From the NCBI RefSeq assembly GCF_009914755.1, contig NC_060926.1: a DNA stretch of 64,000 bases. One strand, 5' to 3'. This document shows positions 1-13,388 of the stretch, one piece after another (position 1 is the stretch's first letter; the number at the start of each line of letters is the position of its first letter). The position numbers were made by a program, and so were the translations under genes. The notes beneath the pieces are model-generated. The model was not told the origin of the DNA, made no database searches, and saw only the letters and a program-made list of their open reading frames with translations. Source of the DNA: the human T2T-CHM13v2.0 reference genome, Homo sapiens.

Positions 1-360
1 GTCCATTTATTGGTAAAGGGAGAAATTATGGTATATCCACACAACATAATATGCTACCCAGAAATAAAATGAACCAACTACTGATATGTGCAACATAGGT
101 GAATCTCAACATTATACTAAGTGAAAGAAGTCAAACAGCACTGTTCCATTTACATGAAATTCTTACATAGTTAAAACTAACATATTGAGATGGCAAGCTC
201 AGGATAGGTTAGGTTGGGAGGAATTAACTGCAAATAATTTTCAGGGTAATAGAAGTGTTCTGTTATCTTTATTGGGGTGGTGATTATATAGTAGCATCTA
301 CTTGTCAAAACCTATGTAACTGTAAAGTTGGTGCATTTTATGTTAATCATATCTCAAAGC
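1..360 (+). mobile_element. Old L1 (L1M-type) 3' end relic in CNRIP1 intron 2
   Basis: Degenerate L1 3'UTR-like motifs (atggtatatccac...gtgaatctcaacattatactaagtgaaagaagtca); boundaries approximate. Confidence 0.55.
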
Positions 361-374
361 TGATTTCAAAAACT

Positions 375-855
375 TCAATGATTTCCTATAGTCATTAGGA
401 TAAATCCAGTGGCAAAAAGGTTCTATATCATCCAACCCCTACTTACCTCTCTGGCTTTATCTTATACTGTCTTTGCCTCACTCTATGCCCACCATGTTGG
501 GCTTCTCATCCATTAGAATACATACGCTGTCTCCAGCTCTTGACTTTTACAACTACTCTTTCCTCAAATGCTCTTTCTTTCCTCAACTCTTATTCATCCT
601 TCATTTTTTCCTCAAGAAAACCATCCCGCAAATCTTGGACTAGGATAAGACCCTTGGTATATACTCTAACAGCACTACTTTTTTGCTATACTTTTCATAT
701 TAGCAATTATTTACCTTATCATTGATAATCATGTATAAAGTATGTTTCCACCCTCAAGATCAGAAATTCTATGAAACCCGGGTTATCTATTTTGTTCACC
801 ACTCTTCCCCCTGAGTCCCTGATATACAGGAAATCCTCAAATATTTGCTGATAAA
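375..855 (+). mobile_element. L2 3' relic
   Basis: Pyrimidine-rich L2-like body ending in ...ctcaaatatttgctgataaa, resembling the L2 3' terminus. Confidence 0.45.
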
Positions 856-2219
856 GCAAGCAAATTTTAAAAATCTAAAAATTCTAAATAAAAGAGCATA
901 TAGAATTTAGCAATATATTAATAATACATGTTTAAGTAGGGCTTATTGTAAAAAATAAGGTTTAGTATTTGGAAGTGTATTACTTTATGTAATTCATCAA
1001 ATATATCAAATAAGATAAATTATCTCCAACTACTGCTACTAGCTGTAGTTGACTGCTAGCAGCAGTCAACATTATTCTAGAAACATTAGACAATGCAATA
1101 TGACCAGGAAAAAAAAAGACAGTTATATTCAGATTCTGACCATCTATATGAAAAACCCAAGATGATTTGCTGAAAAATTTTAGTAAGCAAGTTCAGTAAG
1201 GTGGTCAGTTACAAAGTATATGAATACATATTATAAAAACAGTGTATCTAAAACAATGCAGTATTGGTGTAACAATAGATAGATCAATGGAATAGATTAG
1301 GGAGTATAGGAGGAGATAAAATTTTTGCAATATAAGAAATTTCTATGAAACTGACCTTTGGAGAAGCATAGATTATTTAAATAATTGTATTAGGACACTG
1401 TGGGCAAATACTTTCCAATATAAAAGTAAGAACTGAAATAATATCTAAATCTGTAATTCATCTAAAATTTAACAAATGAGACCATAAGAGTTCAGATGAA
1501 AATACACAAATGCCACTGTGTATATGTCTATATATAATTAATTAATCTGGGAGTCAAGGAAGACTTTCTAAGCTGGATCTTAACTGCAAAATAATAAAGG
1601 AAAAGGCTAACATGTTTGACTACAAAATTTATATTTTATATTGTAAACAAAATAAAAATTAAAATATTAAATGAACACTCAAGATGTGATAAAAATGACG
1701 ATTTTAAATTTATAAAGATTTTTCAAAAAATCAATAAGATACACTTAAGCAGAAAAATGGGTGAAAACTATGAACATATAATCCATGAAGCAAATACAAA
1801 TAGTAAATGAATATGTCAGGATTTCAAATTAACAGTAAGTAAAAATTGAAGTATTTCAGTCAGATTAAAAATATGTAAACATGACAAACTATACCTAGTG
1901 CAGAGAGAAATGGATACTTAAATACAGATGATAGGCGTGTAAATTGCCTAGCTTTTCTGGAGGTCAGTGAGGCAGTCTTATAAAATGCCTTAACGTGCAC
2001 ATTTCTTCTAGAAATCAAGAAAACATTAGACAATTGTACAGTACTCAGTGATTTGTAATGTGGTTTTGTTTATAATACCGAAAACCAGAAATAATCAGCA
2101 ATAAGTGACTGAGGATAATTTGATACATTCATAAAATACAATACCCATACAGACTTTAAAATGACATTCCATATATATATATGGGCATATATTTGACATT
2201 GAAAGATGTATACAAGTAG

Positions 2220-2461
<242 letters not shown>

Positions 2462-2738
2462 CACACATATATATTCAAAGACATAGAAACAACTTTCTAA
2501 GAACATTTATTGACATGTTAACAACACTTCTCTCTTGCAGGAATTATACATTTCCCTCATTTTTGTATTTTTCTGTGTTGAAGGTTCTTTGACAGAACAA
2601 GAGCACTTTCTAAAAATAGTTCAAACATTGGATGCAAAGGGATGAGCTGCTAGATTATTTCCTTATGTGACTATTGTGGTTTTAAAAAGTATAATGGGGA
2701 CTGGGAACACTTTAAGTTTCCAAAGGTTAGATAGGCAT

Positions 2739-2910
2739 TTCTCAAAGTGCATTCCCACACCATCCTCTTCAGGATCTGGTATGCTTGCTAAGAGTTTCTC
2801 TGTCCCCACCCTAGCTCTACTGAGCTAAGATCACTGGAGAGGGAACCTAGGACTGGAATTTTAAACAAACTCCCAAAGAGATTCTCACGCATACCGATAT
2901 TTGAGAACCC
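2739..2910. mobile_element. MER5-like hAT MITE
   Basis: Inverted termini ttctcaaa ... tttgagaa, about 170 bp. Confidence 0.55.
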
Positions 2911-3139
2911 TTGTGATACTTCCTATAAAGCTAGAGGGCAGACAGTTGAAGGTTGTTCTTGCAGAGGGAAAAGGCTGCCCAGTTTGCAAGCAGCAGTTTA
3001 GGTGAAGCTTCCTTTTCCTGTGCTTTAGCAAGCTTGCTTCATCACCTATTTATTATGTTTGCACATATAGTTAAATCTATGTCTTGACTCTATCCTTTCT
3101 ACCAATTTGTTTTTTCTTACTTGGGGCCATATTACCAGG

Positions 3140-3300
3140 GTATATCATTTTATTATATATGATATCTGATAGGATTACCAGATATTATATATAATAGGTA
3201 TATATAATATAGGTATATATATATTATATAGGTGTATATATAATAGGTATATATTATATAAAATAGGTGTATTATAGGATATTATATAAGAGGTGTATTT
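3140..3300. repeat. AT-rich low-complexity repeat (tatata/ataggt units)
   Basis: Directly visible degenerate tandem units such as taggtatatata. Confidence 0.8.
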
Positions 3301-3726
3301 TTCCCATGACACTTTTTTTGGCTCCTCCATTTAGCTTTAAGTAGCAAAGTGTCATTCAAATCAGCTTTCTCTTAACCAGAATATTGTGGCCTACTTGGAA
3401 TCAGAAACTTTTCACAGCCAATTATCTAAACCAGTTCTGAAGTAGACTATAACTGGGAAAATGGCAATGTAGGTTCTGTCTCTTCCAGAACCATCTGCTT
3501 CTGCTTATGGTGTCTTTTCAGCATCTACAGGGTCAGTCTGTCATGCAAAAGAGCATTAATTAAGTAGTTCTCTCTCCAGCAGATGCTTGAAGGAAATCCA
3601 CAACTCAATTTCCACAGTAATTGGCTCCCAACACACCTTTTCTTACAGAGAGATAGTGATTGTTTTCTTTTCTGTGGTTTCCATTTTCCATGGCACCATA
3701 CTCCTATACCCGCAAGCAAGCCTTAC

Positions 3727-3877
3727 CGGCATGGTGATCTGGATGGGTTGCCGTTCTCCACTCTTCGTTGGGGTCACACCTTCTGTGTCATATGTACCCG
3801 TATAAACAACTCTGTCCCCATCAGGCTCTTTAGACTTCAGTTCCAGTGGGACAAGCACACCACCAATGGAAATATTC
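3727..3877 (-). CDS. CNRIP1: CNRIP1 (cannabinoid receptor-interacting protein 1) coding exon 2, 151 nt
   Basis: Translates (E)[50 protein letters not shown]. Acceptor cag at 3880-3878, donor gtaagg at 3726-3721. 179+151=330 nt, i.e. 110 in-frame codons, the N-terminus shared by CRIP1a and CRIP1b. Exon 3 lies off the left edge. Confidence 0.97.
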
Positions 3878-4297
3878 CTGCAATAGACTTGAGTTGACCA
3901 CATACGGTTGAAATTAGCCTAGGCACCCTGTCCTGTTTTGGACCAAAACTCTAGGCAGGAAACTTACAGGGTTTCACTAAGGGGGGCATTGTGGTGCGGG
4001 AGAAAGTTCTGCAAGTTCAGGGGGCAGTGCTTCTCCTATTTATGAATTAAAAACCTACCTATCCCCAGCCCCAGACATTAGGATTCAGTTGGCCTGGGAT
4101 GTAGTTTGGACACTGGTACATTTATTTTAAGGTTATCTAGGTGATCTTAATATGCAGGTAGGATTGAGAATACTGAACTCGTCCTCTAATATTTTTTTTC
4201 TCCTGTTCCAACAATCAGGGGTCCTATGATTTGGAGTACCTCAAGCCTTCTACACCATCAGAAATTCTCACTGGCATCATTCTTTTGTGTTAGGATA

Positions 4298-4473
4298 ATG
4301 GTTCTCAAAGCCAAGTCCCTGGACCAGCAGTATCAGCATCACCTGCAGACCTTAGAAAACAAATTCTTAGGCCCTACCATAGACTAAACTAGAACTTCTA
4401 GGGAGAGCTCCAGCATCTGTGTTTTAACAAGCACTCCAGGTGATTCTGATATATACTCAGGTTTGAGAACCAC
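4298..4473. mobile_element. MER5A hAT-Charlie MITE
   Basis: tggttctcaaa...ggaccagcagtatcagcatcacctg...ttttaacaagcactccaggtgattctgat...tttgagaacca with inverted termini. Confidence 0.8.
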
Positions 4474-5349
4474 AGGATTAGAGTTGAGAAATCCTTGATA
4501 GCATTAAAATGTAACCAGAAAAAATAGTTTTATTCCTAACAAATTAACTTTTAGATTAGTTTGAACACTAGAGGAATACTCTAAAAAAAAAAAAAAGAAA
4601 TATATTAACAGATAACTCCGGGGATAAGGTTGGCAGGAAAGAAGGGAAAGGAAAAGCCTGGATTATATCCAGGTGCACAGAACACTGGGAAATGTGAGAA
4701 TAAAGGGTGCATGGAGCTGTGGGGGATGCTGACAAATAGATGAATCAGGAGTACCAGAAACCATCCAGATTTGGTTCTAGGTCCTTGCACCTTGGAAGGC
4801 TAATACAAGTTTACTGAATTAAAACGTAAGCTATAAGTAGTATCTGATGAATTCAAAGTCCTTCCACCCCCGCAATAATGCCCACCATATGTAGTAGATA
4901 CAATAAATGCTGGTTTATTTTCTCTCTGCAGACTAGACTTTGGTAGGTAGAAACGAGAGGTAAAGGGGCTCCACCCGCAGTTCTTCCGGGTAGGCTACTG
5001 CATGCTCCCACACACTTTCCCGCCAGAGGTCTACTGGGTGCATTATCCAGCGGTCGCTGGCAAGAAATCGTCCCTGCCATGGATAAACCAAAAAACATCC
5101 TCTTGCTGTGGGGATGTTGCTAATCCCAGGCACCATCACCAGCCTGAACAGAAAACTCAGGAGAAAAAGAACAGCATACGGCATGGAAAACCGTGAAACT
5201 AGGCCAGAGAAGGGGCGGCCGCTCTCTTACTAGTGTCTGCTGCTCCACCCCAGGGTCCCAGCCACTGAATGGCGAAGGGAGTGGGGAGCATCCCTCAGGG
5301 AGCCCCAGTAATCACCCCTCCCCTGCCTTTCCACCTCATTCCTCCTTTC

Positions 5350-6620
5350 TCCCTCCTTCAGCCTTGCGGGCAGACCCTGTGGGCCGCCTGGACCGCGCGC
5401 AGGAGGGCTGGGATTGCGGTGGCTGAACCCTGCGGACCTCTCCCATCTGCTCCACCCCGACCGCCTGCGGTTCCGCGCCCAAGGCTGGACAGAAGGCAGG
5501 AGAAATTTATAAGAAACAGACAAGCAAAAACCCTGGCTTCTTGTCACTGATTTTAAAGAACCCACTGAGGTCACTGCGATGGGTGGAGGGAAGCGAGAAT
5601 GGAGGAATACAAGCCAAAGGGAAGGAAGGGGACGAAGGCGGACAGGGAGTGACCTCTTCCTCCAACCCCCGGGCCCGCTGGGAGCGGCGCGAGGCCAGAG
5701 GCCCTTGAGAGGCTCGGGCTGTCCTGGGGGCCTCAGTCCTCTGCCTGTACCCCATGGGGGACCCTGCTGCCACCAGGCGCCCCGCACTCACTCGACCTGC
5801 AGCGTGCTGGGTTTAATCTTCACCTCAACCTTGTAGGAGGAGCCGGTGAGCAGCTTGATGGTGCGGTTCTGGCCGAAGCGCTGCCCGTCCACCTTGTAAA
5901 AGACCGGGCCGTCATTAGGCTGGATGCGCAGCGCGATGGAGAGGCGCACGAGGCCCGGCAGGTCCCCCATGTCTGGGCGAGGGTCTGGCGCGGCGGCTCC
6001 GGGGGGCGGAGGACAGCGCCGGCTGCGGCCGAGTGGCTGGAGCGCGAGGGGCGGAGAGGAAGCGCGGGGAGGGTGAGGGAGGTGGTGGAGCTGAGGCTGC
6101 CGCTAGGAACCCGCGCCGTCGCCGCCGTCCGCCCGGGCTTTTGAGGAGCAGCTCCTTAGGCTGTGGCCCCCCTCCCCACTCGGCGAGGAAGCGGGCCCAA
6201 GAGACGGCTCCAAGGCCGCGCGCTTCCCCATCCCCCGCTCCAGTGCTGCGCCCTCCACGCACCCGAAGGCTCGCTCTGGCCCGCAGGCCGCCGCGCAGAT
6301 CCGCGCAGCTGGGGGCGAGGGAGTTAATCCTGTTTACGCACCACAATCCCCTTCAGCTGGGGAAGCGGACATTTAGGCTCCTCCTAGAACAGCCCCGGGC
6401 AGGAGGAGGAGAGGTTTGGGAGGCACTGGGAAGGCGCTGGAGTTAAGCGACCACTATGCCAAGGAGCGAGACCCCCGGAATCTGGATACCGCCTCGGCCA
6501 GCTACGTGAGGTGGACACTGCTGCTCGCGGATCCGGCGCCAGCCAGGCGGGAGGAGGCTGAGGGGGGGTAAAGGGAGGCGGGAAGGGGGGACAGGAAACC
6601 GCTAGCCGGTGATTTAAATT
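5350..6620. promoter_or_regulatory. CNRIP1: CpG island covering the CNRIP1 promoter, 5'UTR and exon 1
   Basis: Sharp rise in GC and CpG density against AT-rich flanks; GC boxes (ggggcgga near 6003 and 6048); no obvious TATA box. The exact TSS cannot be read from sequence. Confidence 0.9.
5792..5970 (-). CDS. CNRIP1: CNRIP1 coding exon 1, 179 nt
   Basis: ATG at 5970 (gacATGg). Translates [60 protein letters not shown], the recognised CRIP1 N-terminus. Donor gtgagt at 5791-5786, phase 2, matching exon 2. Confidence 0.97.
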
Positions 6621-7993
6621 TCAGGAAATATGAGTCTTTCCAAAGCTTAGGGGAAATGGCCGAGGAAAGGCGCAATTCCACGTGATGGAGCCACGCTGGA
6701 TGAGGAATGGATGCAAGAGGAAGAAAATAACCATATTCAAGGAGCTACATCTTCTTGTGGGTGTACATTTCCATTATACGTATGCTCGTCCCAAAAATGA
6801 CACATACATAAATATATGTAATGAATCACATATATTTACACAGATTTTGAAGGGTGAGCTATTAACCCTGTAAAAGGCAACTGACATGAGCCTAAGGCAT
6901 TCTGGTGACAAAATGGCCAAGAGGTGGGATGGGTCAAAGGATTATTGGCAGGGGGCCATATGCGACACCGCAGAGTTTAGATTTGCATATTAAGCGTGAT
7001 TAGACAGTTTTCGTGGCAGAGGTCGGTAGACAGCTGACTTTTGGAAGCGAGGGGAGACTCAGGGGGTGAGGACTATACTGGGAATGGCTTCCCGGAGCAG
7101 AGAGAGCACCTGCTTCAGCACCACCCAGATGGATAGTACCAGAGCCAGGGAGCACACCTGGGAAATGAAGTGGGCTAGTGAGAACAAATGGGTAGGGATG
7201 CGTTTCCTTGGCAGTTTTTGTTTACCCAAGTTAGACTGCTCTTTTTTAAGAAATAATAAGCTATACATATAATATATATGTAATATGGGTGTTTATTGCA
7301 ACATTGGTTGCAAAAATAAAAATAAAACCTAAATGAAATGTTAACCAATAAATAAATGGCTGAATAAATTCTTATATACCCACACTATAGAACGTTACAC
7401 AACTATCAAAATAATGAAATATAGGTTGCATTGGCAAACACACAGGCAAAAACTGTTAATGATAAAAGTGGGATGGCTGGGAAACAAAGCCTGAGGGCGA
7501 GCATTTTGTCTGTTTTGTTTGTTGCTGTTTCCCCAGCATGCCAAAATAGTGCCTGACACATAGTAGGTGCTCCAGAAATCGTTGTTGAATTGACTTACGG
7601 TTGTGGTCTTAATCATGTCCATATGTAAATTCTTTCACATCTTTAAAATTAATTAGATCCTTGCGATTTACCTGGAATGATGAAAAGAAATCTAATTGCA
7701 AGTAGCATCTCTAGTGTTTTAGAAAAATGAAAATTTAAAAAGAATATAAATGTGTATGTTTGTATTAGCTCTTTTAAAAGAATGAGAGAGTTACACAGTA
7801 AACTTAATGTTGGTTATTATGGTTTATGAGTAGTGGAAAGAGGGTGAGTATCTTTTTGGGGTCATTTAAAAGCCTTTTTGGAAATTTTGCCTTTTTTCCT
7901 CAACCTTTTGTTTAGCAACCCCACAATCTCAAGCCAACTTCCACCTGTGTATCAAAAAGAGCATTGGACCTGGAGGATGATGACTCCATTTTA

Positions 7994-8478
<485 letters not shown>

Positions 8479-9022
8479 CCTAACTCTGCCACTTTTTAGT
8501 TTCGTTATGCAAATAACTTAACATCTTTATGTTTCATCTTTGTAAAATGAGGATTAAAATACCTCCTTCCCAACATTGTGAGAATTGAATGAGGAAATGG
8601 AAATTGTTTGAAAAAAATAAATTACTTTTCAAATACGAGGTGTTACTAATGCTGGGCAATATCCATTAGGAATAGCATTTTCAGGACCATACAATGTAAT
8701 GTCTTAAAATGAAATTAATAAATGTAAAAGTAATTGGAAAATTTATCATCACTGATACATATGTGCAAAGAATATGAATATGGAGTCTGATGGATCTGTG
8801 TTTGTGTTGCCAGATCTGTGGATTACAAACTGAGTGACCTTGAGCAAAGCTGCTTTAGTCTCTTGGAGCCCCAGTTTCTTCATTTGTAAAATGATGATGG
8901 TGACATAGATGATGCATATAGAACCAAATGAAATTGTGTAAACTATGCAAGAATATCAGGCCCATAGAGACACTCAATACATTGTAACTATTTTTATTTA
9001 AAAATATACTTGCTGAATATGT

Positions 9023-9270
9023 AGCAACTTTTAGTTTAGATTCAGGTTTGTTACTGGAGCGTATTGCATGATGCTGAGGTTTGGAGTAGAAATGATCCCA
9101 TCATCCAAGTCCTCAGTGTCTATTGTTACCAATGGAATGAAGACTACTAGCCAGGGAGGGAGGGAGACAAGTAAGGGTTGAAAAACTGTTTTATGTCCAT
9201 GGGTACCCAATGGTTAGCACCCACTAAAAATGAGAACATGCGGTATTTGGCTTTTTTTTCCTGCATTAAT
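9023..9270 (-). mobile_element. L1 (L1PA15/16-like) 3'UTR fragment, internally rearranged
   Basis: caacttttagtttagattcag...tgatgctgaggtttgg...gagaacatgcggtatttgg is the reverse complement of an L1 3' end. Confidence 0.75.
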
Positions 9271-9460
9271 TCATTTCTTGCTATATATTTTTAAGGTATC
9301 TAGTGCTTTCAGTCTTATTGTAGATTCTTTAATTATTACCTCAGATTGGTGATCTTAAACATTGTCTGTCTAATGGACAATGCTTATTATCATTCTTTTG
9401 AAAACTGTGAAATTGAGCCCAAGTGAACGATGGACTTAGTTGTCATTCAGAGGAATCACA

Positions 9461-9858
9461 TGCTATGGTTCAAACGATTCTCCTGCCTCAGCCTCCCAGC
9501 TGCTTGTGTTCCCCCAAAATGGCTATGTTGAAACCGAATCCACAAAGCAATAGTATTAAGAAGTGGGTTCTTTTGGAGGTGATTAGGTCATAAGGGCTCT
9601 TCTGCCCACGTGAATGGGATTAGTAGTACCCTTGTAAAAGGGGCTTGAGGGAGGTCGTTTGCCCCCTTCTACCATGTATGGATGCAGCGGGAATTTGCCA
9701 TCTATAAAGCAAACAGTGAACCCTCACCAGATACCAAATTTGCTGGTGCCTTGACCTTAGACTTCCAAGCCTCCAGAATCGTAAGCAATAAATTTCTGTT
9801 GTTTATAAATTATCCAGGCTAAGATATTTTGTTATAACAGCATGAACAGACTAAGACA
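9461..9858 (+). mobile_element. MaLR solo LTR (MLT1A/MLT1A0-like)
   Basis: Starts tgctatgg, ends gactaagaca; contains ggaggtgattaggtcat and aataaatttctgttgtttataa. Confidence 0.8.
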
Positions 9859-10162
9859 TTGTGCTAACAACCGTTCCATATTCGCTGTTCCAGTCTCTGC
9901 TGAATTCATAATATAGAGTTCAAAAACAGTTAGAATTATGACACAGGACATAGTTGTGTGCATGTATATGAAAATAACGTAGTTAAGAGTGCTGGGACTG
10001 GGTTATACACATACATATGTATACACTCAATTATGTCATGTGTCATAATGTGTCCTGGGCTTGGGTTATACACACACACAAACACATATACACAATATAA
10101 TACCAGCACATTTAACAATGTATTTTCCTTTGTATTCATGTTTGCATTCAGGTACAGTTTAA

Positions 10163-10694
<532 letters not shown>

Positions 10695-11270
10695 TGAAGA
10701 ACCTAGGTCCTCCCTTAGACCCAAAGGATTTTGTAGCCATGGCAATAAGCAGTAGACCTCATTTGTCTGCTAGGCTCTTAGGGGATCTGGTTACCTCCTT
10801 ATACAGTCACATGCACCTTGGTCAGGTGATGGCGATCATAATGTCAGTTTCGTATTTTGTTCTGGGCCAATTTAGCATAGCACTTTATGTTCCAAATAAT
10901 ACTTTTGCTGTTTCCCTACATAAATGTTATCTTTCCTGAACAACCAGGACAGCTCCACTCACTTTTTCTCCACAAATGAAAGTAAATACTCAATTAAAAC
11001 TAGATTCCATGAAGATAGTTTTCTACTTTTCCTGTTCTTGACTCCTTTTGTGAGGCTGGCTAGAGTTCCATTGAAAAAGAACACAAACCTCCTTACATTA
11101 GGTGGAAATATCTGTATTATTTCTACCACACCGATACTTCTAATTTTATATCTCCAGGTTCAAACATTTGTCTAAGTTCCAGATTCACATAACCAACTCC
11201 TGACAGAATATCTCTACATGCGTGTCTGATAGGTTAACAGGTGTCCCAAGCATAACATGGCTAAAAGTGA

Positions 11271-11625
<355 letters not shown>

Positions 11626-12824
11626 AAAGGTTTCTTATCTCAGTAAGAGGCATCATAGTTTACTCAGTTGCTCCGGTAAAAAAAAATTGGTTTATTCTTG
11701 ATCCCTGTCTTTTTAACCCTTTGCATCAAATCTATCAGGAAGTCCTATCAGTTCTTCACAAGCAAGCTGTTTCCAGGCACCTCTCACCATTCCTACTGTT
11801 ACCACTGCGGTACAGGCTGCTATCACCCCCATGCAGAACACTGCACATGGCATCCTGATGTCCATCCCACTCCCACTCTTTCCCCTTACAGTCTGTTGTG
11901 AATATTTCCCCGCCTGTATCATACTCCAGGTCCTCACTCACTGTATTTTTCTTCAGAGCACTTGTCACCAACTGTAATTACAAAAGAAACTTGCCTACTT
12001 GTATATTGTACCCCCACTGTCCTCTGCAACCCCAGTGTATAAATACCTTTAGGGCAGAGATTATATTCTGTTTATAACTATATTCCCAGTACTTAGAACT
12101 GACCCCACTGTATAGGGGTGCTTATATTGGTTCAATGAATGTACAGATACATTAATTATTCAAGATTGTCATTCTTCTCCTTCATCAAGGCCCGAGTCAA
12201 GTTCTTCCTTTTCCTTGAAGCTATAACCGACTAGTCCAGCCCCCACAAACACTCACTTCCTTTGAAGTCCTACAGCAATCATGGTATGGGCAACTTTCAA
12301 TTAATCGAAATGTTGGGGGTCATGGAGGGCTGGGAGAAGATAAGGCAGCATGGATAATCCAAATCTGAGGTAAAAATGGAATTAGTAAAAAATCCAGTAC
12401 AAAATTTATATAATATTTATAATATACTTAATTTTTAGGGCATATTTTCCCTGTATAGATTTCTTTCAAAGGTAAAAATGATACAGCTACTTTTAGGAAC
12501 ACAAAATGTTACACAAATTGTTAAATCAAAAAATAGCAAAGTCTTCTTTGGTTTTCAAATAATACAGCGAGGTCCATGGCATATGAGTGTATCAATGAAC
12601 AAACTGTCTTTTCAGAGTTCTGTATTTTCCAGTCATAGTCTGTGATATTGAGCTCAATTTTGTTTTTGCTCTCTGCTTTCCAAACACCATCATTTCCCAT
12701 CTTCACACTGAGCAAACTCACAAAGCTGTCATTTTTCAGTCTTTGCAAACAAGGTTTCCATGCATTGGACCTATGCCACTGGTCATTGCCATTTTCTCCA
12801 GTGTGTTCTCTGAAAAACTAATGA

Positions 12825-13185
<361 letters not shown>

Positions 13186-13328
13186 AAAATTGTCTTCTAT
13201 TCTTAAGGCTGCAAATATTTTTTGTTTAGTGCAGATCAAACCAAACAAGGGCCATTTCCCGAGTCTCCTGTGATGGATCCAATCCATTACATCTTTTTCT
13301 CTTCCAAGAAAAACAATTTTCCATAACG

Positions 13329-13388
13329 TTTTCTTTCCTTCTTTCTTTCTTTCTTTTTTTTCTTTTTCTTTCTTTTTCTTTTTTTTTT
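13329..13388. repeat. (TTTC)n / T-rich polypyrimidine repeat
   Basis: Directly visible. Confidence 0.8.

Noticed and set aside
3643-3903. 86-aa ORF as a standalone gene
   Set aside because: It is CNRIP1 exon 2 plus read-through into the flanking introns; splice sites delimit 3727-3877.
5230-6446. Long ORFs (185, 143 and 137 aa) overlapping the CpG island
   Set aside because: Low-complexity Pro/Arg/Gly translations expected from stop-poor GC-rich DNA; several lack a true ATG and none resembles a known protein.
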